Below, in pieces: positions 36,171-46,624 of a DNA stretch of 56,902 bases; the first letter of the stretch is position 1, and each line of letters starts with the position of its first letter. The translations under genes and the position numbers were made by a program. Under the pieces are notes generated by a model that saw nothing but the letters and a program-made list of their open reading frames with translations, made no database searches and was not told where the DNA came from. Source of the stretch: a virus (taxonomy: Duplodnaviria; Caudoviricetes); the IMG/VR virus record IMGVR_UViG_3300021090_000023, positions 1 to 56,902 of that record, one strand, 5' to 3'.

Positions 36171-39100
36171 GTCGATGCACCGCGTGCGAGTGCTCGAAGA
36201 CGAGCAGTAGGGTTGTCTTCGGTATCGGGAACCCGAAGGCGAGGATCGCGTCCGTCGGCGAGGCGCCGGGGCCGGACGAGGACAAGCGGGGGGAGCCGTT
36301 CGTCGGGAGGGCGGGGCAGCTCCACGACGAGCTCTGGAAGGCGGTCGAGATCTCCCGCTCGCAGCTCTGGATAGACAATACCGCCAAGTGCTTCCCCGGT
36401 CGGAACGAGAAGGGCGGGATCGCGAAGCCTCCCGACGGCGCCGTCGCGACCTGCATGAAGAAGTGGCTCCTCCCCCAGCTCGAGATTATCAAGCCCCGTG
36501 TCATCGTCGCCTGGGGCCTGACCGCCGCCCAGGCGTTCGGGGTCTCGCGGAAGCTCACGATGGCCGAGGTCGTCGGGCGGGAGTTCGAGACGGAGCACGG
36601 CATCGTGATCCCGCTCTACCACCCGAGCTACTTCCTCCGGAACATGCAGGACTTCATGAACCGGCAGAAGGTCGTCGACGCGCTCGGGCGCGCGGTCGTC
36701 CTGGCGGGCATCCGGACGCAGACGATGTCAGGGGCGGATCAGGCGAAGACGGAGCGGCATCAGGAGGACAAGAAGGTCATCGCAGCGCTGGAGTCGAAGA
36801 GCAGCGTCTTCGAGCGCCGACCGTGGAACGAGGACCGCGCCTACTCCATCGCGTGGACGGACGCGACCGATGTGGTCCTCGTCTACAAGGACGCGAAGAA
36901 CCGGAAGCGGTTCGAGACGATCAAGGACTTCGAGTGGTACTTCTACCTCAGGACCAGCGACCTCGTCGAGAAGATCCCCCGGTCCTTCGTCTCGAAGTGG
37001 ATGCGGGAGGGGCTCCTTCACCGCCTCGTGGCAGACGACGTCAACCAGGAGTGGACTCAGGTCTACGCGGACCGACACGTTGTCCGGACGTGGGCGCTCC
37101 GCGAGCACGTCCTCGAGAGTGACCTCTCACTCTGGGACGACAGGGTCATCGACAAGTATAAGGAGGACAAGCGCCTCCGGACGATGCTCGACGAGATCGA
37201 GTCGTTCGGCGTCGAGCACTTCGAGGCGGACCTCACGCCTATGCGCCGCTTCATGACCGACTACGACATCAAGATCCTCGACGTCTACGATGAGATGTTC
37301 GTCGACATCGAGACGGACGACACCGTCCCCCTGACGGACTGGAAGACCCTCGCGGACCGGAGAATTCTCTCGATAGCGTGGGAGATCATCTGGGCCGACC
37401 GGACGCGGAAGCCGGAGCGGGGCTTCCTGCTCCTGAAGAAGGAGACCGACCGGGCCGAGCGCGAGATGCTCTTCGAGTTCATCCGTGTGATCGAGGGGAT
37501 CGACGTCATGTACGCGTGGAACGGGAACAACTTCGACTTCCCGATCCTCCGCCAGCGGATGCGGAAGTTCCGGATGGGCGCCACGTGCTGGGAGACGATC
37601 CACATCATCGACCTCCTCGGGGTCTGGCGCCGATACTTCCAGCGCGGGGCGTCCGTGAATACGTCGTACGCTCTCCAGAGCATCGCGAAGCACATCCTCA
37701 AGAAGGAGAAGCTAGACTGGCGGGAGATGGCGAAGGAGCGGGGCCTGAAGATCACCTCCTTCCTGGAGCTCTACCGGCAGGCCCCGGACATCCTCGAGGA
37801 GTACAACCGCTGGGACGCCCGCCTCCTCCTGGAGCTCGAGGAGCACATGGGGTTCGCGAAGATCGAGCAGGTGTTCTGCAGAATTGGAAATAGTTTTACA
37901 AAGGACTACCACATCGCGACGAAGATCGACTCCCTCCTCCTAAAGCGTGGGAAACAGACCGGCATCCACTTCCGGTCGAAGAAGATCCGGGCGCTCGGCG
38001 AGGCGGGGCGGGCGGCGTACAAGAAGTCGCACGAGTGGGAGGCGTACGAGGGCGGCTTCGTCCTCTCCCCGAAGACGGGGATTTTCGACGACGTCGCGGC
38101 GCTCGACTTCAAGTCCCTCTACCCGAGCGTCATGATAGGGTTCAACATCAGTCCGGAGACGTACGTCACCGACGAGCAGGCGAAGTCCCTCGGGCGGGAC
38201 GAGTGGATCGAGTGCCCTACCGGGGCGAAGTTCCTCGTCAAGACCCCGGGGTTCGTCCCGCTCATCTTTCAGGACACGGGGGAGAAGCGGAAGGTCTACC
38301 AGGAGCTCCAGGCGGCGGAGCCCGTTGGGTCTGACTTATTCCTTTTGTATTACAGACTTGCATATGCCTTCAAGCGCCTCGGGCTCAGCTTCTATGGTGA
38401 TCTCGGGAGTATTAGCAGTAGGTACTTCAACCCGAAGATCGCCGAGGCCGTGACGCTCTCAGGGCAGTACGTCCTGAAGCAGAGCCTCGAATTCTCAGAG
38501 CGTGAGGGAATTACTCCGCTTTACGGTGATACCGACAGCCTCTACGTGAAACTTCCGGCGTCTGAGGGCGAGGACTTCGTGAAGCGGTGCAATGAGTACC
38601 TCCGCGAGCACCTCCGGCGGAAGTTCGGCGTCCCCGAGGACCGCTTCCGCGTGGAGCTGGAGTACGAGAACTACTTCTCCCGGATGTTCTTCGTGCGGAA
38701 GAAGCGGTACGCCGGGCTGATGACGATGTACAAGGGGAAGGAGGCGTCGTTCACCGAGGTCAAGGGCCTCGAGTGCATGCGCTCCGACGGGATCGAGTAC
38801 GCGAGGCAGGTCCAGAAGACCCTGATCGAGATGATCGTCCGCGACCGAAGGAAGGTGCGGGTGATCCTCGACTTTATGCTCGACCAGCGCGAGCGGGTCC
38901 TCGGGTACGACCTCACGCGAGACGAGATCACGATCACGAAGGGGCTCATGAAGGGAATCGAGACCTATAAGACGAAGGGCGTGCACGTCAAGGTCGCGGA
39001 GGCGTTCCGGGCGAGGGGCGGCGAGTACTACGTCGGGATGAAGGTCCCGTACATCGTGACGGACGCCTCGAAGGCGCTCGTCGCCGTCCACGCCGACGAC

Positions 39101-39283
39101 TTCGACGGGACGTACGACCACCGCTACTACTGGGACAAGATCATCTACCCGCCGTCCTTCCGCATCCTCGAGGTCTGCTACGGGCACGTCGCCTGGCGCG
39201 ACCTCTTCGTGAAGAAGCCGCCCGCGAAGAGGGTCCCGAGTGAGAACGGGGACGGGCACGACGACGAGGAGGTGGATGAGTGA
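36167..39283 (+). CDS. family B DNA polymerase with N-terminal family-4 UDG-like domain
   Basis: CxxC…GEAPG…EPFVGRAG…KCFP…YHPS; Exo [18 protein letters not shown]; Pol [29 protein letters not shown]. Confidence 0.95.
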   Translation: MSRCTACECSKTSSRVVFGIGNPKARIASVGEAPGPDEDKRGEPFVGRAGQLHDELWKAVEISRSQLWIDNTAKCFPGRNEKGGIAKPPDGAVATCMKKWLLPQLEIIKPRVIVAWGLTAAQAFGVSRKLTMAEVVGREFETEHGIVIPLYHPSYFLRNMQDFMNRQKVVDALGRAVVLAGIRTQTMSGADQAKTERHQEDKKVIAALESKSSVFERRPWNEDRAYSIAWTDATDVVLVYKDAKNRKRFETIKDFEWYFYLRTSDLVEKIPRSFVSKWMREGLLHRLVADDVNQEWTQVYADRHVVRTWALREHVLESDLSLWDDRVIDKYKEDKRLRTMLDEIESFGVEHFEADLTPMRRFMTDYDIKILDVYDEMFVDIETDDTVPLTDWKTLADRRILSIAWEIIWADRTRKPERGFLLLKKETDRAEREMLFEFIRVIEGIDVMYAWNGNNFDFPILRQRMRKFRMGATCWETIHIIDLLGVWRRYFQRGASVNTSYALQSIAKHILKKEKLDWREMAKERGLKITSFLELYRQAPDILEEYNRWDARLLLELEEHMGFAKIEQVFCRIGNSFTKDYHIATKIDSLLLKRGKQTGIHFRSKKIRALGEAGRAAYKKSHEWEAYEGGFVLSPKTGIFDDVAALDFKSLYPSVMIGFNISPETYVTDEQAKSLGRDEWIECPTGAKFLVKTPGFVPLIFQDTGEKRKVYQELQAAEPVGSDLFLLYYRLAYAFKRLGLSFYGDLGSISSRYFNPKIAEAVTLSGQYVLKQSLEFSEREGITPLYGDTDSLYVKLPASEGEDFVKRCNEYLREHLRRKFGVPEDRFRVELEYENYFSRMFFVRKKRYAGLMTMYKGKEASFTEVKGLECMRSDGIEYARQVQKTLIEMIVRDRRKVRVILDFMLDQRERVLGYDLTRDEITITKGLMKGIETYKTKGVHVKVAEAFRARGGEYYVGMKVPYIVTDASKALVAVHADDFDGTYDHRYYWDKIIYPPSFRILEVCYGHVAWRDLFVKKPPAKRVPSENGDGHDDEEVDE

Positions 39284-39999
39284 TGGTCTCGGACTACAGG
39301 CCGGACGCGGCGCTCCTCGCCAGGTACCGGAGGGACTACGAGGCGTCGAAGTCGAGGGGGAACCCCGGCGGACCGGACTGGCTTCAGCTTCAGGACGGAG
39401 TCAACGTCATCAGGATTCTCCCCCCGTACGCGGAGACCGACCCGTACAACTTCATCGTGGGGCAGCACTACAAGCTCGGGGAGGGGCAGAGGACGAGCGT
39501 CTTCTGCCCCCGGTTCACCTTCGGGGTCGACGGGAGGACCCCCCTCGCCGACTGGGACTGCCCCATCTGCGAGTACACCGACCTCGTCAAGGGGAGCGCA
39601 CGCCGTGGCAGCGAGCTGAGCCGCGCCCGAGACCTCGGCGTCACGACGCGGTGGGTCTGCCAGGTCCTCGACCTGGACGACGACGTCGACACCCCGCTCC
39701 TCTGGGGCTTCGGCCCCGCGGTCTACGAGCAGCTCCTCGTGCTCCTCACCGGGAGCTCCCCGGACCTCTACGATGTAGATGAAGGGCAGAACATCGTGGT
39801 CAAGAAGAGCAGGCAGGAGCGGTCAACGACGTACGTCCTCTCGCCGGAGGAGGGGGCGTCGCCGGTGAGCGACGCGGCGCTCGCGAGCGTCGTGGACCTC
39901 AAGGTCTACATCAAGTCCCGGATCTTAGGCTCCGAGGAGCTGGAGCGAATCCTCAACGGCGAGGAGCCGCCCGGGGATAACCGAGGGTCCGGAGCCTAG
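39280..39999 (+). CDS. gp32-like single-stranded DNA-binding protein, paralog 1
   Basis: GVNVIRILPP, CP…CPICE, LWGFG, GQNIVVKK. Confidence 0.75.
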   Translation: MMVSDYRPDAALLARYRRDYEASKSRGNPGGPDWLQLQDGVNVIRILPPYAETDPYNFIVGQHYKLGEGQRTSVFCPRFTFGVDGRTPLADWDCPICEYTDLVKGSARRGSELSRARDLGVTTRWVCQVLDLDDDVDTPLLWGFGPAVYEQLLVLLTGSSPDLYDVDEGQNIVVKKSRQERSTTYVLSPEEGASPVSDAALASVVDLKVYIKSRILGSEELERILNGEEPPGDNRGSGA

Positions 40000-40075
40000 G
40001 CGGGGCCCTAAGTCGTCTCCCGGGGGCGTTTACGGGGCTCCCGGGGGCTATTTTCGCCTAGCGGAAGGGGGGAAA
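39989..40075. repeat. CCTAG(G)-rich intergenic element, copy 3
   Basis: CCGGAGCCTAGGCGGGGCCCCTAAGTCGTC…GCCTAG. Confidence 0.55.
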
Positions 40076-40135
40076 ACGGGGTAGTCTACTCGAGCGCAGT
40101 TCTCTCTATCGTCGGAAGAAAAGGGGGCTCGTAAA

Positions 40136-40504
40136 ATGGATAAGGTCGTGGAGTTACTAGAGAAGTTCGCATCCCTTGCAGGATTTCAAGTAGAGCGGCT
40201 CTGGCCGCAGCTCGTTCGGGTGTTCTGGCTAGAGAATCTCCTAGACCTACTCTTGACGCCTGTCATCGTCTTCGTGCTCTCAGTCGCCGCCCTGAAATTC
40301 TTGAGGAAGTCTAAGGAGGCTGACGACCTCCCCGGTGACCATGATGCAGCGGCTATGCTCTATTGGGTTGTGTCTACAGTTCTCGCCATCGTCGTATTCG
40401 GCATCGGGTTCGTCTACATCTTCAACATCGGAAGCATGCTCGCAGCCGTCGTCTATCCCGAGGCGAGCTACGTGCAGTCGCTCTTAAAGTCGTCGTCGAA
40501 GTGA
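40136..40504 (+). CDS. membrane protein
   Basis: Two hydrophobic helices; lower GC. Confidence 0.75.
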   Translation: MDKVVELLEKFASLAGFQVERLWPQLVRVFWLENLLDLLLTPVIVFVLSVAALKFLRKSKEADDLPGDHDAAAMLYWVVSTVLAIVVFGIGFVYIFNIGSMLAAVVYPEASYVQSLLKSSSK

Positions 40505-40518
40505 AAGGACTCTGAGAG

Positions 40519-40887
40519 ATGATGTTTACGATGTCCGATATCATCGAGAAGCAGACAGAGTTCCAGCGGATCTACGTGCGGAAGAAGTACCACAAGGAGC
40601 TCGAGGAGCTCACCGAGACCGAGATCTCGGAGATCATCAAGCAGCAGGTCCTCTCGCTCGGCAGCGAGGTCTTCGAGTTCCTCGACCGCGCCACGAACTG
40701 GAAGGACCACCGCGCCCCCGCCACACTGGATCGCCACGCGATGCTTGAGGAGCACGTCGACATCGGTAACTACTGGCTCAACCTCTTCGTCTACGGCAAG
40801 ATCACCTCGCACGAGTACCTCCGGGTCTTCGCGGAGAAGCACGAGACGATTCTCAAACGCTGGAAGGAAGAAATGGAGGATAAGTAA
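40519..40887 (+). CDS. all-alpha NTP pyrophosphatase (dimeric dUTPase/MazG-like)
   Basis: SEVFEFLD…NWKDH…LEEHVDI. Confidence 0.8.
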   Translation: MMFTMSDIIEKQTEFQRIYVRKKYHKELEELTETEISEIIKQQVLSLGSEVFEFLDRATNWKDHRAPATLDRHAMLEEHVDIGNYWLNLFVYGKITSHEYLRVFAEKHETILKRWKEEMEDK

Positions 40888-41456
40888 TGGCTAAGGAGAC
40901 GATCTTCGACCCGAAGAACCTCGAGATCACGGTCCCGCCGCTCGACGGGCGCCCGTCGTGGAAGGTGAAGCCGATCCCCTACGTCGAGACAGACATCGTC
41001 AACATCAACGAGGACATGTCCCAGCACGCGGCGAAGGTGGCGTGGATCGGGCAGCTCTACGCGGACGCGAAGTACGAGCGGGAGGTCCTCAAGGCGCGGC
41101 GCGAGCAGGTGGAGGGTAAGCTCGTCCTGGAGTACCTCGCCTCACCCGGTCCCGATGGGAAGAGGCCGACGGGGGACGCGGTCAAGGCGTACTTCCCGCA
41201 GCAGCAGGAGTATATCAAGGCGGACCTTATCTACCTCGACATGGCCAGGACGGTCGACCGGCTCGACGGGATGCGGGACGCCCTGGAGCACCGGATGCAG
41301 CTTATGGTCTCGATCGCGAGTAACAAGCGGCGGGAGATGGACGGGGGCGATCCCGGACGGCTCGCCGAGCGAATTCACGAGAAGGAGGATAGGGAGGCGA
41401 AGTACAGGGAGCAGCTCCGGAGTGAACGCGGCACCAAACCCGAGAGGAGACGGTAG
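40887..41456 (+). CDS. UvsY-like coiled-coil recombination mediator
   Basis: Helical protein next to SSB and RecA; TGDAVKA…ALEHRMQLM pattern. Confidence 0.55.
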   Translation: MAKETIFDPKNLEITVPPLDGRPSWKVKPIPYVETDIVNINEDMSQHAAKVAWIGQLYADAKYEREVLKARREQVEGKLVLEYLASPGPDGKRPTGDAVKAYFPQQQEYIKADLIYLDMARTVDRLDGMRDALEHRMQLMVSIASNKRREMDGGDPGRLAERIHEKEDREAKYREQLRSERGTKPERRR

Positions 41457-41459
41457 ATC

Positions 41460-42497
41460 ATGGCACGCGAGGATCGCGGACGGAAGACCGGATTGGGCGT
41501 CGTCGACGACGAGCTCATGGCGAGGTACAAGGAGGATCAGCAGAGCGCGAAGGCGAGGAGCGGGGGCGGCGAGAAGGCGGACTGGATCTCGCTGCAGGAC
41601 GGGCTGAACATGGTCCGCCTCCTCCCCCCGCTGACGAAGGGCGACCCGTTCTACATCTACATCGGGCAGCACTTTCAGCTCGGGGAGTCGAAGAAGGGGA
41701 ACGTCTACTGCCCCCGGCTCTGCCTCTCGATGGACGGGAAGACGAAGATGTCCGACTCCCCCTGCCCGATCTGCGACTACGTCGCCGAGGTCAAGAAGCT
41801 CTCGAAGAAGGCGAGCGAGGTGGCGGCGGCGAAGGAGATGGAGGTTAGCGGGCGGTGGCTTGCGCAGGCCCTCTCCGTGGACGAGGACGACGGGAAGCCC
41901 CGGTTCTGGACTATGGGGCCTATGATCTACAACCAGATCATGGAGTACCTCACCGGGAAGTACCCGGACCTCTATCAGCTCGAGGGGGGGTACGACCTCA
42001 ACGTCAAGAAGACCGGGAAGGGTCTGGAGACCAAGTACCTGGTCTACCCCGAGAAGGACCCCACCGACGTGGACGAGGGGGTCGTCAAGGAGATGCTCGA
42101 CCTCGAGGAGTACGTCAGCGTTCGCCTCTTCACCACGAAGGAGCTGAACCGCGTCCTCGACGGCGAGGACCCGATGGAGATCGTCAATTCCAGGACGGCG
42201 GAGGAGAGGGACGAGCGGACCGCCTCGCGCGATCGCGGGAAGGAGGAGCCGGAGGAGCGCGCGCCGAGGCGCGGGGCGCGGAGTGAGCCTGAGCCCGAGT
42301 CGGATGAGCCGCCTGCACGGAGGGGTTCCCGTAGGGAGTCGGAGCCGGGGGAGGTGCCGACGGCTCGCCGGGTGCGCGGCGACGAGTACGACGACGCCGC
42401 CGAGAAGGAGATGGAGCGACTCAAGAACCAGTCCGGTGCCGCGAGGGGTGGTCGGCGCGAGCCGGAGCCGGAGCCGCGAGGGCGCGCTCGCCGCTGA
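41460..42497 (+). CDS. gp32-like single-stranded DNA-binding protein, paralog 2, with long charged tail
   Basis: GLNMVRLLPP, CP…CPICD, GYDLNVKKTGKGLETKY. Confidence 0.8.
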   Translation: MAREDRGRKTGLGVVDDELMARYKEDQQSAKARSGGGEKADWISLQDGLNMVRLLPPLTKGDPFYIYIGQHFQLGESKKGNVYCPRLCLSMDGKTKMSDSPCPICDYVAEVKKLSKKASEVAAAKEMEVSGRWLAQALSVDEDDGKPRFWTMGPMIYNQIMEYLTGKYPDLYQLEGGYDLNVKKTGKGLETKYLVYPEKDPTDVDEGVVKEMLDLEEYVSVRLFTTKELNRVLDGEDPMEIVNSRTAEERDERTASRDRGKEEPEERAPRRGARSEPEPESDEPPARRGSRRESEPGEVPTARRVRGDEYDDAAEKEMERLKNQSGAARGGRREPEPEPRGRARR

Positions 42498-42564
42498 GCG
42501 GGATGTGGACCTGCTCGTCGCATTATCGAGGTTCATCCTTCGAGACTAGGAGGCAGGAGAGGCC

Positions 42565-43593
42565 ATGGGGAAGCGCGACGTAGAGCAGCTCGCGGCGAAG
42601 CTCGTCGCGGAGCTGGAGAAGCTCGCGGCCGACAGGAAGAAGCGGGGGGTGAAGCTACCACCGGACCCGGTGCAGATCTACTCGGAGCACGTCCGGACGA
42701 GCCGCAAGAAGGAGTTCATATCTTCTGGGAACAAGGCCCTCGACCGCATACTCGGCGGGGGCCTGCCGGTAGGGAGGACCGTGGAGATCTTCGGGCCGTA
42801 CTCCTCGGGGAAGTCGGTGCTCTTGCACGAGGCGATCGCTCAGGCCCAGGCCCTCGGGGGCCTGGGCAATATCAAGGACTCGGAGGCGACGTTCGACGAG
42901 GACTTCGCGACGCGGATTGGGATCAACCTCAGGGCCCTGCTCCACAACGAGCCGGACACGGTGGAGGACGCGTTCCAGGAGGTCTGGGACGCGTGCACCG
43001 TCCTCCGTCGGCTCGACGACGACGTGCTCTTCGTGGTCGGCCTCGACTCGCTCGCGGCGACCTCGACGAAGCACGAGATGGAGGACTTCACCAAGGCGGA
43101 CATGACGAAGGCGAAGGCGATCTCCGCGTGGCTCCGGCGCCTTACGCGCCTCGTGGCCCGGGAGCGGACGATCTTCGTCGTGATCAATCAGACGCGGCAG
43201 AAGATCGGCGTGATGTTCGGGAACCCCGAGACCACGTCCGGGGGCGAGGCGATGGGGTTTCACACGTCGCAGCGTATCCGGATCTCGCAGGGCGCACTCT
43301 ACAAGGGGCACAAGGTGAAGATCTTCGACCACGGCATCCCCATAGCTGGACGCGCCCGCGTCGAGGTCGTCAAGAATAAGGTCGGGGCGCCGTTCCAGAA
43401 GTGCGAGGTCATCATCAACTTCACGGACGGCCTCGTCCCCTGGAGCGGCTTCGCCGACCTCCTCGCGGACGAGGAACGGATCAAGCGTGTCGGCGACTCC
43501 GATCTCTTCGAGTACGGGGGGGATCGGTTCCAGTGGTACGAGGTCGAGGAGGTGCTCGAGAAGCACCCCGAGATCCTCGAAGATCATGAGTAA
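42565..43593 (+). CDS. recA: RecA/UvsX recombinase
   Basis: LGGGLPVGRTVEIFGPYSSGKS, LDSLAA, INQTRQKIGVMFGNPETTSGG, VVKNKVGAPF. Confidence 0.96.
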   Translation: MGKRDVEQLAAKLVAELEKLAADRKKRGVKLPPDPVQIYSEHVRTSRKKEFISSGNKALDRILGGGLPVGRTVEIFGPYSSGKSVLLHEAIAQAQALGGLGNIKDSEATFDEDFATRIGINLRALLHNEPDTVEDAFQEVWDACTVLRRLDDDVLFVVGLDSLAATSTKHEMEDFTKADMTKAKAISAWLRRLTRLVARERTIFVVINQTRQKIGVMFGNPETTSGGEAMGFHTSQRIRISQGALYKGHKVKIFDHGIPIAGRARVEVVKNKVGAPFQKCEVIINFTDGLVPWSGFADLLADEERIKRVGDSDLFEYGGDRFQWYEVEEVLEKHPEILEDHE

Positions 43594-43930
43594 GAAGCGT
43601 GTCTTCCGCGTCTACGTCGCCGGGCCGATGAGGTCCGGCCTCGAGCGTGGGATTCACTCCGCCGTCAAGGCCGCGGATGAGCTTATGGCGGAGGGGATCG
43701 TCCCGTTCCTCCCGCAGCTCCAGGCGCTCTGGAATATGATTAGCCCGAAGGACGACATCTACGGGTACTTCCTCCCGTTCGACTACGCATGGATCGACGT
43801 CTGCGACGCCGTCCTTCGCCTCCCCGGTGAGTCGTGGGGGTCGGATCAGGAGGTCGCCTACGCGGAGAAGACCGGGAAGCTGGTGTTCTACTCCATCCCA
43901 GATCTTAGAAAATGGAGGGACTGTCTATGA
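43586..43930 (+). CDS. nucleoside deoxyribosyltransferase-like (DUF4406-type) protein
   Basis: VYVAGPM…PFLP…CDAVLRLPGESWGSDQE. Confidence 0.8.
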   Translation: MSKKRVFRVYVAGPMRSGLERGIHSAVKAADELMAEGIVPFLPQLQALWNMISPKDDIYGYFLPFDYAWIDVCDAVLRLPGESWGSDQEVAYAEKTGKLVFYSIPDLRKWRDCL

Positions 43931-44217
43931 TTCTCGGCGATTCGGAGTACGAGGTGCACTTCAGCTACGGGTTCAACAAGAAGGGGCAGGAGGTTACGTC
44001 CTGCGTTATTCATCGTACCCCCTGCCTCATGAAGGACGGTGCGTGCGAGGCGCTTCCGTTTGGGGAGGGGTATGCCAGGCGCAACCTCTCGGATCAGTAC
44101 AGGAAGTATGTCGGCCGGAAGCTCGCGCTCGCCCGCTCGATGCTCTCGCTCGGCATCCCGCGCCAGACGCGTGCCAGACTCTGGCCGGACTACTTCCGGC
44201 AGGTCAGGGACCTCTGA
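43927..44217 (+). CDS. phage hypothetical protein
   Basis: GEGYA…DQYRKYVGRKLALARS. Confidence 0.7.
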   Translation: MILGDSEYEVHFSYGFNKKGQEVTSCVIHRTPCLMKDGACEALPFGEGYARRNLSDQYRKYVGRKLALARSMLSLGIPRQTRARLWPDYFRQVRDL

Positions 44218-44220
44218 GGT

Positions 44221-44487
44221 ATGAAGACCCGGAGCCCGCAGGTCCTCGGGAAGAGGAGGTGGACCGAGGCGGAGCTTCACGTCGCGGCGACCTACGCGTC
44301 GCGCGTCTATCAGAAGAACCTGACCTACTACCGGTCCGCGAAGCTCTGTCACGCCGCCCTCCCCGCTCGATCCGAGGCGGGGTGCCGGGAGGTCATCCGG
44401 AGCTTCGTGAGCGGGAGGCGGAAGATCGACGCCGCTGACATCTGGATTCCACCTATTACTGGGGATATCTGGAAGGTCTTGCTATGA
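44221..44487 (+). CDS. hypothetical protein (possible Myb/SANT-like HTH)
   Basis: RRWTEAE…LPARSEAGC. Confidence 0.5.
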   Translation: MKTRSPQVLGKRRWTEAELHVAATYASRVYQKNLTYYRSAKLCHAALPARSEAGCREVIRSFVSGRRKIDAADIWIPPITGDIWKVLL

Positions 44488-45416
44488 AGACGAAGACTCT
44501 CATTGTGGATGGCCGCAATCTTATCATGCGGAACTTCCTCGCCTATCCCCGTCACCTCGCTGCCGAGGGTGGGGAGCGGACGAGCCTGATTCACGGCTCG
44601 TTCCTGGAGCTCTTCCGTCAGGTCCGGATGTTCGAGCCGGAGCGGATCGTGATGACGTGGGACTCCCGGTCTGCGTTTAGGCAGCGGCTCCTCCCGACCT
44701 ACAAGCTCGGGAGGGACGGGAAGCGGCGCGGGACGATGACGGAGGCCGACTACCGGGACCTCTCGGAGCAGCTCGAGATCTTCCACGGGGGCCTCGCGGC
44801 GCTCGGCGTCGCGGAGGTGAAGGTCGAAGGCGTCGAGGGCGACGACCTCGTGGCGCTCTTCTCGATGGCGCGCGTAGCCCGCCCTGTCACGATAGCGTCG
44901 ACGGACCACGACTTCTGGCAGCTCATCAGGGAGGACGTCCAGATCTACGACCCGAGGACTAAGGGGTGCTATAATCACCTCAACTTCAAGCGGCTCACGG
45001 GGTTCGACGACCCCGATCACCACCTCGCGTTCAAGGTCATCAAGGGCGACCCCGGAGACTCCATACCGCCCGCAATCCCGAGGCTCGGAGAGGAGAAGGC
45101 GAGGGTGCTGGCGCGTCTCCTCGAGTTCCCGGAGACGATAAGGTCCGGGGAGATCGAGCACCTCTCCGAGATCATCCTCGACGTCGAGCCGTACAGGACG
45201 GTGGAGATCCGGCGCCTCCTGGCGCGGAACTTCAAGCTCGTCTGCCTCTACGCCGCCGTCGTCATACAGCTCCCGCTCCTCGGGGACGTCGACGCTCCCG
45301 CGCCGAGGGGCTCGTGGGAGGGGTTCCTCAAGTTCTGCCAGCGCTACCAGCTCGCGACGGTCATGAAGGACTTCGCGGCCACGAGGAGTTCCATGCCACT
45401 GGATGGAGGAGACTGA
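44484..45416 (+). CDS. 5'-3' exonuclease/flap endonuclease (T4 RNase H-like)
   Basis: LIVDGRN, FRQRLLPTYK, EGDDL, STDHDFWQL, GDPGDSIP. Confidence 0.93.
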   Translation: MKTKTLIVDGRNLIMRNFLAYPRHLAAEGGERTSLIHGSFLELFRQVRMFEPERIVMTWDSRSAFRQRLLPTYKLGRDGKRRGTMTEADYRDLSEQLEIFHGGLAALGVAEVKVEGVEGDDLVALFSMARVARPVTIASTDHDFWQLIREDVQIYDPRTKGCYNHLNFKRLTGFDDPDHHLAFKVIKGDPGDSIPPAIPRLGEEKARVLARLLEFPETIRSGEIEHLSEIILDVEPYRTVEIRRLLARNFKLVCLYAAVVIQLPLLGDVDAPAPRGSWEGFLKFCQRYQLATVMKDFAATRSSMPLDGGD

Positions 45417-45540
45417 TGATGTCGTCGAAGTGTATTGCAATTACGATTTCACTTGATACGATCGAGTGGATCATACTCTGGATCACCTTCTTCGCCGTCG
45501 GCTGGGTCTTCGGAGATTATAGCCGTTATAGGAGGGGGTA

Positions 45541-46620
45541 ATGATTACCTACCCGATGAGCTACAAGTGCGGATGCAACTTCGACTACGACCTCCTCAGC
45601 GGCCTCGGCGTCCTGAACGCCAAGTATCCAGAACAGCAGTGGAGGATCACGGAACTCTACGGGAGCCTCCCGAGCGTCAACCCGATCGGGACGGCGAGGC
45701 CGGGGTTCAGGCTTCAGGACGGGGACAGGGAGTTCCTCGCGGCGTACGTCGAGGAGGCGAACGAGCTTGGCATCGGACTCAACTACACGATCAACACGTC
45801 GTCGGTCGACCCCCGAGTGCTCAAGGAGCGGGAGGCGGAGATCGGCGGCTTCCTCGAGTACCTCGGGGAGATCGGTGTGGTCCGGGTAACGGTCGCGCAC
45901 CCGCTCGTCGCCCAGATCGTCTCCTCGCTCTCCCCCTCCATGCCCATCGAACTCTCGACGATCCTCCAGCTCCGGCACCCGAGACAGCTCGAGCTCCTCC
46001 GGGAGCGGTGCCCGAGCATCCAGAAGATCTGCCTCGACGTCTTCGCCAACCGGGACGCCGAGAAGCTCGCCGCGTTCTCCGAGGTGGGCCGCGCGCTCGG
46101 CCTCGCGCTCGAGGTCATCGTCAACGAGTTCTGCATCTACGAGTGCCCCGACCGGAACCCCTGCTACGACCTCCACGCCCTGGACCTCTCCCAGGACGAG
46201 ACGCGGCTCTTCGGGCGCTACCCTATGGGGAACTGCATCCGGGAGCGCATCATGTCCCCCATCGAGTGGCTCTGGGCGAGGTTCATCCTCCCGCAGTGGG
46301 TGCGGACGTACTACGAGAAGTTCGGGATCACGTCGTTCAAGATCACGGGGCGGACCCACCCGACGGCGTACATCCTCCGGACGGCGGAGGCGTACATGTC
46401 CGGCTCCTTCACCGGGAACCTCCTCGAGCTCTGGGCCGACGTCGAGAACATCGGGAGGCTGGAGTCGGAGTACCGGCAGCCCCGGACGGTCCTAGACATG
46501 TCGAAGATCGAGGCGGTCCCCGGGACGTTCCTGGACTTCTACTTCTCCGGCCTCCCCGTATCGTACCGACGGGAGACGTCGTACCTTAACCGCGCCTTCG
46601 AGCGCTGCCGGGAGGCTTAG
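45541..46620 (+). CDS. peptidase U32-family protein (Fe-S hydroxylase-like)
   Basis: NYTIN, IELSTI, EVIVNEFCIYECPDR, FKITGR. Confidence 0.85.
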   Translation: MITYPMSYKCGCNFDYDLLSGLGVLNAKYPEQQWRITELYGSLPSVNPIGTARPGFRLQDGDREFLAAYVEEANELGIGLNYTINTSSVDPRVLKEREAEIGGFLEYLGEIGVVRVTVAHPLVAQIVSSLSPSMPIELSTILQLRHPRQLELLRERCPSIQKICLDVFANRDAEKLAAFSEVGRALGLALEVIVNEFCIYECPDRNPCYDLHALDLSQDETRLFGRYPMGNCIRERIMSPIEWLWARFILPQWVRTYYEKFGITSFKITGRTHPTAYILRTAEAYMSGSFTGNLLELWADVENIGRLESEYRQPRTVLDMSKIEAVPGTFLDFYFSGLPVSYRRETSYLNRAFERCREA

Positions 46621-46624
46621 AGAG

